Assembly (NCBI GenBank): GCA_020724545.1
Contig: DYGR01000001.1
Coordinates: 34,033 to 58,032 of the forward strand
DNA: 24,000 nt
Reading direction: 5' to 3'
Source of the DNA: Candidatus Methanoperedens nitratireducens
GTDB lineage: Archaea > Halobacteriota > Methanosarcinia > Methanosarcinales > Methanoperedenaceae
Each line of letters begins with the position of its first letter. The stretch's first letter is position 1. The notes under the pieces are model-generated. The model saw nothing but the letters and a program-made list of their open reading frames with translations, was not told where the DNA came from and ran no database searches. This document shows positions 15,555-24,000 of this stretch, piece by piece. The position numbers were made by a program, and so were the translations under genes.

Positions 15555-15560
15555 TAAGTG

Positions 15561-16409
15561 CTAACCAATCAATCTTGGCTGCTTGTGCTCAGGCAGCACG
15601 GGCAGTTTCATGGTGTTGATTAGAACAGGGGACTCAACCTCCTTTGCCCGCTCACAGAGCAGTTCTTTCCCCCTCTGTGTTATGGCAAACATAGGAACAG
15701 AGGTACCCACCTGAAGAACGGGTTTAACCATGTGGCGCACGATCTTTGAGGCGCATCCAGTGACGATATCCATCTCTCTGATGAACCCCTCTGCTTTAGC
15801 ATGCTGTATGCCTGTGAGGTGTGCGCCGATCAATATTAAATCGATATTATGTTCTCTCTCTATCACACGAAGTTCTCCTGCATCATCAGTACTGACCACG
15901 CTCACAGCTATCCTCTTGTATCCAAGTTCACAGGCTTTTATGAGGCCTCCTGCCTGATCAATTCCTGCGCTCTCTCTATCAAGCACAGTTCCTCCGCGCA
16001 ACTCTATTCCCTCGATTATCTCTGGTATCGGCTCTGTCTCTATCAATCCAGACATCAGGGCGCCCATACCCTGCACAAGATCCGGGTTACTCGTAATCAC
16101 CGTGCCTGCGCCGTCGCATACTGTTACTGTAGTATCAATGAGACCCCTGCGAAGAGCTGTCATCATTATCTCACTTGCACCAAAATTAACAAAAACACCG
16201 TGATCAAACCTTCTCTTCGGTGTAAACATACCGAGTTCTTTTATCCTGTACTCCATATTCTTTTTTGCTTCTTCTTTTGTGAGTTTAGAAACAGACGCGA
16301 CCTTGCTGAATACAGGGCACCAGTCTGCCACAGGTTCACCTGCTTCTATTACCTTCCCGTTCTCAACCACTACCCGCGTCTTACCGAACAATTCCATTAT
16401 ATGGGGCAT
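15561..16409 (-). CDS. Methanogenesis marker protein 8 (DUF2099) homologue
   Basis: MPHIMELFGKTRVVVENGKVIEAGEP...CPVF and the overall length fit marker 8. The first 37 codons of the listed ORF (MDIYRFRFSIW...) look like non-coding read-in, so the start is placed at ATG 16409. Confidence 0.75.
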   Translation of the reverse strand: MPHIMELFGKTRVVVENGKVIEAGEPVADWCPVFSKVASVSKLTKEEAKKNMEYRIKELGMFTPKRRFDHGVFVNFGASEIMMTALRRGLIDTTVTVCDGAGTVITSNPDLVQGMGALMSGLIETEPIPEIIEGIELRGGTVLDRESAGIDQAGGLIKACELGYKRIAVSVVSTDDAGELRVIEREHNIDLILIGAHLTGIQHAKAEGFIREMDIVTGCASKIVRHMVKPVLQVGTSVPMFAITQRGKELLCERAKEVESPVLINTMKLPVLPEHKQPRLIG

Positions 16410-16553
16410 ATCAATCACCTGCAAACCTGTAGAGACATAGAGAACCTGTTTGTTCCTGCCTATAATAATATTTCCGTATATATGCAGCCAGATTGAAAAT
16501 CTAAACCTATATATATCCAAAAGTACAACTGCTACTGATTAAGAGGTGTATGA

Positions 16554-16871
16554 ATGGAAGTTAAAAACGTTGCACTGGCTGCGGTTATGATAGCCTCTTC
16601 AATGGTATTGACATATAAATGGCTTATCAGGCTTGGCAGTTCAGACACTGTTATTATCATATCAGCTGTACTTCTGATCGGTTCTCTTGCTATTATGATA
16701 CTGCTGGTTGATTCAAGGCTGCGGGAACTTGAAGAGACCGTAAATTCAAAAGAACGTTCCATCAGGATAAATATCAAAGGCGTTGAGGAGAATCTTGAGA
16801 AAAAGATAGAGGACCTATCTAAAAGCAACAGTAATATATTCGGTGAATTCTCTAAGAGGATATATCGCTAA
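16554..16871 (+). CDS. Small membrane protein (two predicted TM helices plus a charged coiled-coil tail), function unknown
   Basis: Hydrophobic stretches VALAAVMIASSMVL and VIIISAVLLIGSLAIMILLV, followed by RLRELEETVNSKER... Divergent from marker 8. Confidence 0.5.
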   Translation: MEVKNVALAAVMIASSMVLTYKWLIRLGSSDTVIIISAVLLIGSLAIMILLVDSRLRELEETVNSKERSIRINIKGVEENLEKKIEDLSKSNSNIFGEFSKRIYR

Positions 16872-17154
16872 GAGCATCCTTTACCATATACATTATCTGT
16901 CCCATTACCTCCCCTGCCTCGCCCATGCTCTGTATCCTTCTTATATCCACGCGCCCGCTCTGGTATATCATCACGCTCCTTCCATCTAATTCAAACCGTG
17001 CAACACCAAGCCTTATTGAGCATTTCAACTCTTTTGCCTCTTTATTGCGCAAAATATCGCACAACTTATCCATAACCACCCTTTTCCCGAGATGACATTC
17101 TGCTATATATCGGGTGGGATCTTCAATGCATGGGCGGGACAGCCTGATATTCAT
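16852..17154 (-). CDS. Hypothetical 100-aa protein downstream of RPA on the same strand
   Basis: ORF with plausible composition, 67 nt after the RPA stop. No motif recognised. Confidence 0.4.
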   Translation of the reverse strand: MNIRLSRPCIEDPTRYIAECHLGKRVVMDKLCDILRNKEAKELKCSIRLGVARFELDGRSVMIYQSGRVDIRRIQSMGEAGEVMGQIMYMVKDALSDISS

Positions 17155-17221
17155 GGATAGTACAAAGGAATATAAGAACTAAAGCTTTTTTGGCACCGTT
17201 ATTCTATTATTGCCGTATCTA

Positions 17222-18346
17222 TTATTTCCGTAGAACCTGTATGCGTGTCCTTGCACCAGCGCTAAGCTCTATTTCTTCATTCCTCCCCGGTTTAGCAAAA
17301 GCATCTATTATACTTATCTCGCTGCCTATATCGAGCTCATTTACAAGCTCTGCATGCTCACCCCACAGTGCCACCCTTATGCGCCCTGTATCATCAGAGA
17401 CGTATATATTCGATACCTTATTTTTGGTTCCGTCCGGACGATCAAACTCCCGAATCTCATCAAGCCCTGAGACATGCCCTGTTACGCTGTAGGCCGAGTT
17501 GATCCCGATATCGGCAATCTGAGTAAAGGTTTCAGAATAATCAACAGCAGTGTTGCTCTTCATTATGTTTCCACCTGAGCCCAGTTGTAGTTCTATCTGA
17601 TTGCTAAATGTATTCTCACGGGCATACCCGTTTATTATCTCCACTGTATCCCCTATCTTAAAATCAGCACTCTCAGCCTTTGAATCCCATAGAGTTACCC
17701 TTATCTTGCCTGTATCATCTCCAAGGGTTAAATTTGTCACTTTTCCAGTTGTTCCATCCTTGCGCTGGAAAACCCTCACTTTTCCTGTATCTATGATCCT
17801 GCCTATAATGTTCAAGCCGCTCATTCCAGGCTTTATCTCATTGATCTTCATGGGCTCCATGTTTACATCTACCGCTTTATCTACATGCTCTATGTTCCCG
17901 CCCCTGCCTACATTCACCTCAAGTCCTCTCTGCCCCTCTTTGATGTATCCTTTCACTTTAAGGCTCTGTCCCACCTTTATGTCCCCGATTTTCACAAGAT
18001 CGGAAGCCTCATCCCACAGTGCAGCCTTAATCGAGCCAGTATCATCAGCAAAGGTTATGTTCACTACGCGCCCTGTACTGCTGTCACTGCGTGAAAATTC
18101 ATGGATATCACCGATTGAGATCACCTTTGCTATAAAAATGACACCGCCTTTATCCGATGCTATGTCCTTGATCTTAACGGTCTCATTTAATCCCAGATCG
18201 CTGGCAACAAGCATAGCAGCGGTTTTAGAATCGCAGAGTCCGTTCATCATTATAACCTTCTCCTCTACCATTGACTTGAACTCATCAGGCTTAAGTCTCC
18301 CCTCAAGCCTTTTATAGACCTCTTCAATCTCTTCGAAACTCACCAT
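17222..18346 (-). CDS. rpa: Replication protein A (ssDNA-binding, three tandem OB folds)
   Basis: Three internal repeats: VVNITFADDTGSIKAALWDEASD, VTNLTLGDDTGKIRVTLWDSKAE and VSNIYVSDDTGRIRVALWGEHAE. This is the hallmark of archaeal multi-OB RPA of the Methanosarcina RPA1 type. Confidence 0.85.
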   Translation of the reverse strand: MVSFEEIEEVYKRLEGRLKPDEFKSMVEEKVIMMNGLCDSKTAAMLVASDLGLNETVKIKDIASDKGGVIFIAKVISIGDIHEFSRSDSSTGRVVNITFADDTGSIKAALWDEASDLVKIGDIKVGQSLKVKGYIKEGQRGLEVNVGRGGNIEHVDKAVDVNMEPMKINEIKPGMSGLNIIGRIIDTGKVRVFQRKDGTTGKVTNLTLGDDTGKIRVTLWDSKAESADFKIGDTVEIINGYARENTFSNQIELQLGSGGNIMKSNTAVDYSETFTQIADIGINSAYSVTGHVSGLDEIREFDRPDGTKNKVSNIYVSDDTGRIRVALWGEHAELVNELDIGSEISIIDAFAKPGRNEEIELSAGARTRIQVLRK

Positions 18347-18785
18347 AGCACTCTAGAAAGAAAGATCTGGATAAAAGCTTTCTGGTAACACCACAAGTAC
18401 GCTAGGAGCGCAGAGAATTCAAAAGATACGTTTATTTCAGCGCTCACCTCCCGCAGCAACCTCATATAAAAAGTAGCGGCGCTCTCATGCGGATGGCGCG
18501 GCAGGGGAGCAGGTGTATGAAGATGCATCAATTGATCTGAGTAATCGCTGGGGTGGTTACGGTATGGATGGCTGAGAATGCTCTCTTGTGCAACCGGGGA
18601 AGGTCTCATAACGTCCTTCCTGAATAGATTTATTTTATGCTGATAGCTGAGTTTTAATTATCACCATTATGATGATAAAATATAAATAATCTCGAAACTA
18701 TGATACGGCAGGAATTGCCATCTCGGATCGATATGGTGAACCGGAGGAGATAATAATCAAAAAAGTTACTTCCATACTGGTATTC

Positions 18786-21700
18786 TTGCTCTTATTTTCT
18801 TTATCAGGTATATTTCTGGTAGAAACTGAAGCTGCAAGTGATAAAACTACGATGGATGTAAAATCCCGCATGCTGGAAGGCGAGTATGTTCCTCTAATAA
18901 TCACCCTGAAAGACAGTCCTTCTTTTAAAGCTTTATCAAAAGGAGATGCAGTAACCCTGATGAAGGAGCGTGCATCAGACAGCCAGCAGAACCTTTTAAC
19001 TTTATTGAAAAAAGAAAAAAGCAGGGGAAAAGCAGATAAAATAAAACAGTTCTGGATTGTGAACGCCATAGCGGTCAATGCATCGCCTGAACTTATCGAG
19101 ATACTTTCAAGGCGCGATGACATAGCAAGCATAGAGCTTGACTCTGAGATTAAGATTGTTGAGGATTATTCAGCTCTGGTCTCACAGGGGCAAATCGATA
19201 GTGCAACCTCTGAGATAAGACGTATAAATACAACAAAAGTGTGGGAACTCGGGATCGACGGTATCGGCATCAATGTATCCGTGATCGATACAGGGATTAA
19301 TGCATCACATCCTGATATTGCAGGGCGGGTCATTAAGTGGGTGGATTTTGTAAATGGCGGTGGATCAGCATACGATGACCATGGCCACGGGACCCATGTC
19401 GCTGGAACTGTGGGAGGAAACGGGAGCCGTGGAACAACTACAGGTGTGGCGCCGAATGTGAGCCTGTTTGGGGTAAAGGTGCTTAATAGCTCGGGCCTGG
19501 GCTATGAGAGCGATGTGATACGCGGGATAGAGTGGTCTGTTAGCAACAGAGCTAACGTGATCAGTATGAGCCTTGGTGGAGGCAACTGGAAAAACAAAAA
19601 CTGCGACCTGGATAGGCCATCACTGACGAGCGCCATAAACAATGCCCTGGCACTCAATGTTACAGTCGTATCTGCTGCAGGAAATGCAGCCAGTCTGGGG
19701 GTTTCAAGTCCTGCCTGTGTAAGCGGAACGATAGCAGTCGGTGCTGTTTATAGTAACGATATGAATGCTTCTTTCTCAAGTATTGGATTTTCGATGAAAG
19801 ATCATGGCGTTGTTGCGCCTGGAGTTAATATTAATTCGCTGGGTAATTTTGGCGATTATACGAATAAATCAGGCACTTCCATGGCAACTCCTCATGTCTC
19901 AGGTACTGTAGCTCTTCTTTTACATGCTGCAAAGAAATATGGCTTAACTCTCTCACCTTCGCAGATAAAAAATATTCTTGAAACTACTTCAGTGGATCTG
20001 GGTACTGCCGGAAAAGACGATACATATGGCGCTGGAAGAATAGATGTATATGCTGCAGTTAAATCTCTTGATGCGAATCCCCCTCTTGTAACAGCAAATC
20101 CAACAGGATATCAGGCAGGTAGTGCAGCAAGGAACGGCACTGCAATAACACTCAATGCCACGATAACAGATGCCGTCTCAGGAGTGAAAAACGCCAGTGT
20201 GAATGTATCATCCATAAATACATCACTCACCAATATCCCTCTCTATCCTGATTCAGGCTTCTGGGTAAGCGATAGTGTAATAGTAGGTGCTTCAGATGAG
20301 ATATACTACCTCAGTGTCACAGCATACGATAACATGAACAACATGAACACTAGCGTCCAGTTATCCGTGATAGTGGATAATACTCCTCCTCTCTTTATAA
20401 GCACAGATGCACAGCCTTCTATAATTGAAGCGGGTTCTGAGAACTCAATATTTACAGCAAATGTAACAGACATAACAAGCGGTGTTGCGCAGGTAGCAGT
20501 AGACTTAAGCGCAATTGGCGACCCATCAAGCAGTCTGATGCAGAATATCGGCGGCGGTATCTGGCAGATGACTGTAAATACCACAGCGGTTGGAAACTTT
20601 TCACTTTCAGTGAATGCCACAGACGGTGCAGGGAATATTGAGAATGGGACTATAATACTAAATGTAACAGATACAACCCCACCAGTGGTAAATTCAGCCA
20701 GGGCCACCCCTGATTCAATAAGGGCCGATGGGATTGATAGTACAGCGCTGATGGTCAGCACGCATGATTTTGCCAGTGTGAGCAGTATTAAAAACGTAAC
20801 TGTGGATCTTACTAATCTGGGCGGGAATGCATCTCAGGAAATGGAAAATTCAAGCGGCATATGGCGATTTGATGTAACCACTAATAAAACTGGCATAAAC
20901 GGCACTATAATCAGGCTTCCTGTAAATGTGACCGACACCAGGAACAACAGCAATACCTCGACCAGCATTCCTCTCGGGATCAAAGAAACGATCAATGCAA
21001 GCGCTGGAACCTGGAGATTTAATTTTACAATCGACTCGGCAATATTCAATGCCTCGATCAGCATCCCTGAATCCGCAGACCTATCAGGCGTGCTTCTGGT
21101 AGCGCCTGTAGATATCCCAGATCCTGGGGGTCTAAAGCATGCTGGAGTTGCTTTGAATCTATCTAACCTGACCTTTGATGAACCCCTCATGATTGAGATG
21201 CAGTATAATTTCTCTTCTTTCATCGTAGATGAAACAAAATTCAGACTGTGGTTCTATAATACAACGACAGACATATGGGAGATCACAGAGAATTCAAGTG
21301 TCGATACCCTGAACAAGACTGTCTCAGGATACACCAGCCATTTCTCAGTATTCGCGCCTCTTGCTGATATTACCCCACCTGTGATTTCAAATGTAACGTT
21401 GACTCAGATCACCACAGGCTCTGCCATTATAAGCTGGGATACAGACAAGCCTGCGCAGAGCCTTGTGAAACACGGCACAACTGCAGGAAGCTATACCTCT
21501 AATGCAGAGGATACCTCCAATGTGACCTCACATAGCGTGAAGTTAGCAGGATTATCTGCGGGCACGACCTACTATTATATTGTCATTAGCACAGATCAGA
21601 GCGGCAATACTGCTAACATCACCGGTAGTCTCACGACGCTCTCCGGAGGGGGAGCATCTTCAAGCAGCGGTGGTGGCGGGGGAGGCGGCGGTGGAGTAGC

Positions 21701-22340
21701 TTCGGCTGAAGATTATTCTAATATCGAAGTAAAAGAAAAATATGATCAATATATCTTTAAAGATAAGATAACATCATATATATTTACCAGCAAGAATAAC
21801 CCCGTACTGTTCGTTAATATAACAGGCAATGTCAATGCAGGAGAGATCAGCGCGGCTGTAGAAGTGTTGAGAAGTCCTTCTTCCATTGTAAAAGGTCCGG
21901 CGCCCGGAATTGCTTATAAAAATATAAATATATGGGTCGGCACATCAGGATTTGCAGTACCGAAGAATATTAAAAATGCTGATATAACCTTCAGGGTTGA
22001 GAAACAATGGACTGATACGGTTGATCCTGTCTCAATTGCGCTCTACCGCTATGATTCCCAGTGGATCAAATTACCCACTCAAAAATTAAGAGAGGATACT
22101 GAATTTGAATATTATGTGGCATCAACCGAGAAATTCTCCCCGTTTGCTATAACCGGACTGAGAAATGTAGAAGAGCCGATATCAGCATCAGTAGTGAAGG
22201 CTGAGACTGCCACCGACGGCGCTCTGATAGAAACCACAACCATGACAGCAGTACCGACAGAAAAGGCCTCAGGGTTTGAAGTGACTCTGGCTGTGATAAC
22301 ACTTTGCGCGATCTACCTTATCTGGCGAAAGAGAAAATGA
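18786..22340 (+). CDS. Secreted subtilisin-like (S8) serine protease with Ig-like/FN3-like repeats, PGF-pre-PGF domain and a PGF-CTERM-like anchor
   Basis: Catalytic triad motifs VIDTGI (D), HGHGTHVAGT (H) and SGTSMATPHVSG (S), with an I9-like propeptide region. FN3-like PPVISNVTLTQITTGSAIISWDT..TTYYY. Gly/Ser linker. The C-terminus ASGFEVTLAVITLCAIYLIWRKRK is a PGF-CTERM variant. The listed start is TTG; the true start may lie upstream (see findings). Confidence 0.9.
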   Translation: MLLFSLSGIFLVETEAASDKTTMDVKSRMLEGEYVPLIITLKDSPSFKALSKGDAVTLMKERASDSQQNLLTLLKKEKSRGKADKIKQFWIVNAIAVNASPELIEILSRRDDIASIELDSEIKIVEDYSALVSQGQIDSATSEIRRINTTKVWELGIDGIGINVSVIDTGINASHPDIAGRVIKWVDFVNGGGSAYDDHGHGTHVAGTVGGNGSRGTTTGVAPNVSLFGVKVLNSSGLGYESDVIRGIEWSVSNRANVISMSLGGGNWKNKNCDLDRPSLTSAINNALALNVTVVSAAGNAASLGVSSPACVSGTIAVGAVYSNDMNASFSSIGFSMKDHGVVAPGVNINSLGNFGDYTNKSGTSMATPHVSGTVALLLHAAKKYGLTLSPSQIKNILETTSVDLGTAGKDDTYGAGRIDVYAAVKSLDANPPLVTANPTGYQAGSAARNGTAITLNATITDAVSGVKNASVNVSSINTSLTNIPLYPDSGFWVSDSVIVGASDEIYYLSVTAYDNMNNMNTSVQLSVIVDNTPPLFISTDAQPSIIEAGSENSIFTANVTDITSGVAQVAVDLSAIGDPSSSLMQNIGGGIWQMTVNTTAVGNFSLSVNATDGAGNIENGTIILNVTDTTPPVVNSARATPDSIRADGIDSTALMVSTHDFASVSSIKNVTVDLTNLGGNASQEMENSSGIWRFDVTTNKTGINGTIIRLPVNVTDTRNNSNTSTSIPLGIKETINASAGTWRFNFTIDSAIFNASISIPESADLSGVLLVAPVDIPDPGGLKHAGVALNLSNLTFDEPLMIEMQYNFSSFIVDETKFRLWFYNTTTDIWEITENSSVDTLNKTVSGYTSHFSVFAPLADITPPVISNVTLTQITTGSAIISWDTDKPAQSLVKHGTTAGSYTSNAEDTSNVTSHSVKLAGLSAGTTYYYIVISTDQSGNTANITGSLTTLSGGGASSSSGGGGGGGGGVASAEDYSNIEVKEKYDQYIFKDKITSYIFTSKNNPVLFVNITGNVNAGEISAAVEVLRSPSSIVKGPAPGIAYKNINIWVGTSGFAVPKNIKNADITFRVEKQWTDTVDPVSIALYRYDSQWIKLPTQKLREDTEFEYYVASTEKFSPFAITGLRNVEEPISASVVKAETATDGALIETTTMTAVPTEKASGFEVTLAVITLCAIYLIWRKRK

Positions 22341-22356
22341 TAGCTCATCTTCAGAA

Positions 22357-22366
22357 TTTTTTGTTT
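22357..22366 (+). terminator. Oligo-T tract after the protease gene (archaeal-type terminator candidate)
   Basis: TTTTTTGTTT begins 17 nt after the stop at 22338-22340. Confidence 0.4.
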
Positions 22367-22415
22367 GATAGCACCAAAATGATTATGCTTGCCGTGAACA
22401 ATACCCAGGCAAGCA

Positions 22416-22913
22416 ATGAACAATAAAAAAATCGATAGAATATCAGGAAGGGTATGGAAATTCGGCGACAATATCGATACCGATGTTATTATTCCGGGTA
22501 AATACCTGCGCACCACTGATATGAGTGTGTTCGCATCGCATGTCATGGAGGGGATTGAGCCGCAGTTCTCACAGAAAGTGACAAGCGGCGATATAATCGC
22601 TGCAGGCAAGAACTTCGGGTGCGGCTCATCAAGGGAACAGGCACCCCTTGCTTTAAAACATGCAGGCATAGCATGTATAGTGGCAGAGTCATTCGCCAGG
22701 ATATTTTTCAGGAATGCCATCAATATCGGCCTGCCTATTATAGAAGCAAGAATAGACTGTGAAGAGGGCGATATTATTGAGATCGACCTTGAAAATGGAT
22801 TTGTAAGAAATAAAGATAAAAGCTTTAAGGGTACAGAACTTCCTGATTTTCTGCGTGATATCCTGGCATACGGAGGGCTTGTTGAGTACAGAAAAAGGAA
22901 GGTGCAGCAGTGA
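22416..22913 (+). CDS. leuD: Aconitase-family dehydratase small subunit (LeuD / HacB type)
   Basis: [19 protein letters not shown] and [19 protein letters not shown]....[18 protein letters not shown] are canonical for the isopropylmalate isomerase / homoaconitase small subunit. Confidence 0.9.
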   Translation: MNNKKIDRISGRVWKFGDNIDTDVIIPGKYLRTTDMSVFASHVMEGIEPQFSQKVTSGDIIAAGKNFGCGSSREQAPLALKHAGIACIVAESFARIFFRNAINIGLPIIEARIDCEEGDIIEIDLENGFVRNKDKSFKGTELPDFLRDILAYGGLVEYRKRKVQQ

Positions 22914-23779
22914 TATTTCCAGCAGAATATAAACGTGTGGGCGTGACAAGAACAGACCCGACAGGGCGAATAGGCTGTCCCATTTATTTCACAACAGAAT
23001 ACCTGATCGCTGATCTGCCTTATGGTTATGCAATATACAGGGTAAAAAGCGAAGGTGAAGGATTGCTCAAAAAACTTGTTTCACTTGAGCTGATAGCAAA
23101 AGGAGAACAGGTAAAGAAATTTGAAGAAAAACTCGATTCCCATGACAGGACACTGCTTATTGAGTCCGCAATTCCATTATGCAAAGGGAGTGTAAATACT
23201 GTTCTTTTTGAAGGCATGGATCGACATATCACTTTTGTCCATGAGCCAGATCTTGATGAGGTTATGGAGATAGAGATAATTGATATATCACCCCCTGAGC
23301 CGCCGTGGCTTGCCTTTGCAATACAGAGGCTTATCAGGAGCGGTATACTGGGTGAGCTGGACATAAGGTTCACAACAAAGCTCATTGATCTTCGTACATT
23401 TGAGGGCGGGAAGGTGGTTTTCCCGTGCCATGCATCAGAACTTAAAGGAAAATATCTCGATACTGATATTGATATTGAGGATAATTCCGAGCTTGTTGGA
23501 TGCGATATCTCAAAACAGATATTTGAACTGCGCTTTCCCGACCTCACTTACAGGCATATCAACATGTGTCCCATTAGGGCAGAGCTTTATACGCCAACCA
23601 GACCCTTTATCACAAGATGCTGCCAGAGCAAGAAATCAGGTATGATCAACATCAATGGGATAGATGGCGCTGTGGTACACTGGGGAGCATCCGAGTATGA
23701 TATCGTTGATGCGATAAGGATGCTTGTCAGGGTTTTGAGAGGGAATATAGAAAATAACAACAGAGTGGGTTTGAGATGA
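22910..23779 (+). CDS. Conserved-looking hypothetical protein (289 aa, Cys-rich C-terminal half), translationally coupled to both neighbours
   Basis: The GTG start overlaps the leuD stop (GTGA at 22910-22913). Its stop overlaps the next gene's ATG (ATGA at 23776-23779). No motif recognised. Cysteines occur in FPCHAS, VGCDIS, NMCPIR and RCCQS. Confidence 0.55.
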   Translation: MIFPAEYKRVGVTRTDPTGRIGCPIYFTTEYLIADLPYGYAIYRVKSEGEGLLKKLVSLELIAKGEQVKKFEEKLDSHDRTLLIESAIPLCKGSVNTVLFEGMDRHITFVHEPDLDEVMEIEIIDISPPEPPWLAFAIQRLIRSGILGELDIRFTTKLIDLRTFEGGKVVFPCHASELKGKYLDTDIDIEDNSELVGCDISKQIFELRFPDLTYRHINMCPIRAELYTPTRPFITRCCQSKKSGMININGIDGAVVHWGASEYDIVDAIRMLVRVLRGNIENNNRVGLR

Positions 23780-24000
23780 AGCTAGCAGTTATCCCGGGTG
23801 ATGGCATTGGCAGGGAAGTTATACCAGCGGCATTATCCGTACTTGATGCTTTTGGTCTTGGTATCGAGAAAATACCTCTTGATATCGGTTATGGTAAATG
23901 GGAGCGAACCGGGAGCGCAATCACGAATAAGGATATGGACATAATCAGGGAATGCGATTGTGTGCTGTTCGGGGCAATCACTACCCCGCCTGATCCAGGT
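23776..24000 (+). CDS. leuB: Isopropylmalate / homoisocitrate dehydrogenase family, N-terminal part (runs off the window)
   Basis: Hand translation from ATG 23776: [27 protein letters not shown]...DCVLFGAITTPPDPG. This is the typical beta-decarboxylating dehydrogenase N-terminus. Confidence 0.85.
   Translation, partial: MKLAVIPGDGIGREVIPAALSVLDAFGLGIEKIPLDIGYGKWERTGSAITNKDMDIIRECDCVLFGAITTPPDPG

Noticed and set aside
15549-15566. GGTTA...TAACC 5-bp hairpin spanning the two convergent stop codons (aconitase-X and marker 8)
   Set aside because: The stem is very short and is formed largely by the stop codons themselves. The evidence is insufficient to call a bidirectional terminator.
16410-16520. 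N-terminal 37 codons of the marker-8 ORF (MDIYRFRFSIWLHIYGNIIIG...)
   Set aside because: The composition is odd and this AT-rich stretch looks like the divergent promoter region. Homologue-like sequence begins at MPHIMELFGKTRVV.
17601-18317. 238-aa + strand ORF opposite RPA, and similar long antisense ORFs (11597-12124 -, 15849-16496 +, 15730-15957 +, 20306-20761 -, 20834-21223 -, 23026-23547 -, 6733-7239 -, 7377-7829 -, 22313-22723 -)
   Set aside because: Each lies fully antisense to a gene with clear family motifs and has a low-complexity, Ser/Leu/Pro-rich composition typical of shadow ORFs.
18500-18585. Possible C/D box sRNA (ATGAAGA ... CTGA ... CTGA)
   Set aside because: The box C candidate is mismatched, there is no convincing C' box, and the spacing of the second CTGA is wrong.
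18340-18609. 89-aa minus-strand ORF upstream of RPA
   Set aside because: It has His/Pro-rich improbable composition, no RBS, and overlaps the RPA start. The region is better explained as promoter or possible sRNA sequence.
21645-21696. G-rich run (GGAGGGGGAGC...GGTGGTGGCGGGGGAGGCGGCGGTGGA): possible G-quadruplex or simple repeat
   Set aside because: It lies in frame within the protease and encodes the Gly/Ser linker SGGGASSSSGGGGGGGGG. Coding function explains it.

Overview
The window looks archaeal and Methanosarcinales/ANME-like, based on a methanogenesis marker 8 homologue, a PGF-CTERM-type secreted protease, a multi-OB RPA and modified-mevalonate-pathway genes. Positions 1-9485 hold a class 1 type I CRISPR-Cas locus on the + strand. 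It comprises a large subunit (frame still open at the window edge), a stand-alone small subunit, Cas7, Cas5, an HD-less Cas3' helicase, Cas4, Cas1, Cas2, an AT-rich leader, and an array of 17 identical 37-nt repeats with 16 spacers. The gene content resembles subtype I-D more than I-B, but I could not run profile searches. The effector half of the locus is much more AT-rich than the adaptation half, and the switch falls inside cas4. About 350 nt past the last repeat lies a 421-aa PLMP/RRXRR/split-RuvC protein with no HNH insert. This is an IsrB-like (HNH-less IscB, OMEGA-family) candidate, and the gap before it could encode its omega RNA. That pairing is the most interesting item in the window. 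ubiX-ubiD and an aconitase-X large subunit (probable anhydromevalonate-phosphate decarboxylase, its prenyl-FMN synthase and phosphomevalonate dehydratase) are separated by a ~1.5 kb accessory islet at 12918-14396. The islet contains two HicB-like genes, a nucleotidyltransferase (MNT) gene with a degenerate active-site motif, and a HEPN/DUF86 gene truncated after about 30 codons. It also contains six short palindromic modules, each built from three direct and three inverted 7-nt units at 9-10 nt spacing, nested inside two perfect 16-bp inverted-repeat pairs. The rest is housekeeping: marker protein 8, a small membrane protein, a 3-OB RPA, an 1184-aa glycosylation-sequon-rich S8 protease, and a leuD/hacB - unknown 289-aa gene - leuB/aksF operon. 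All functional calls come from motifs read by eye, with no database searches.
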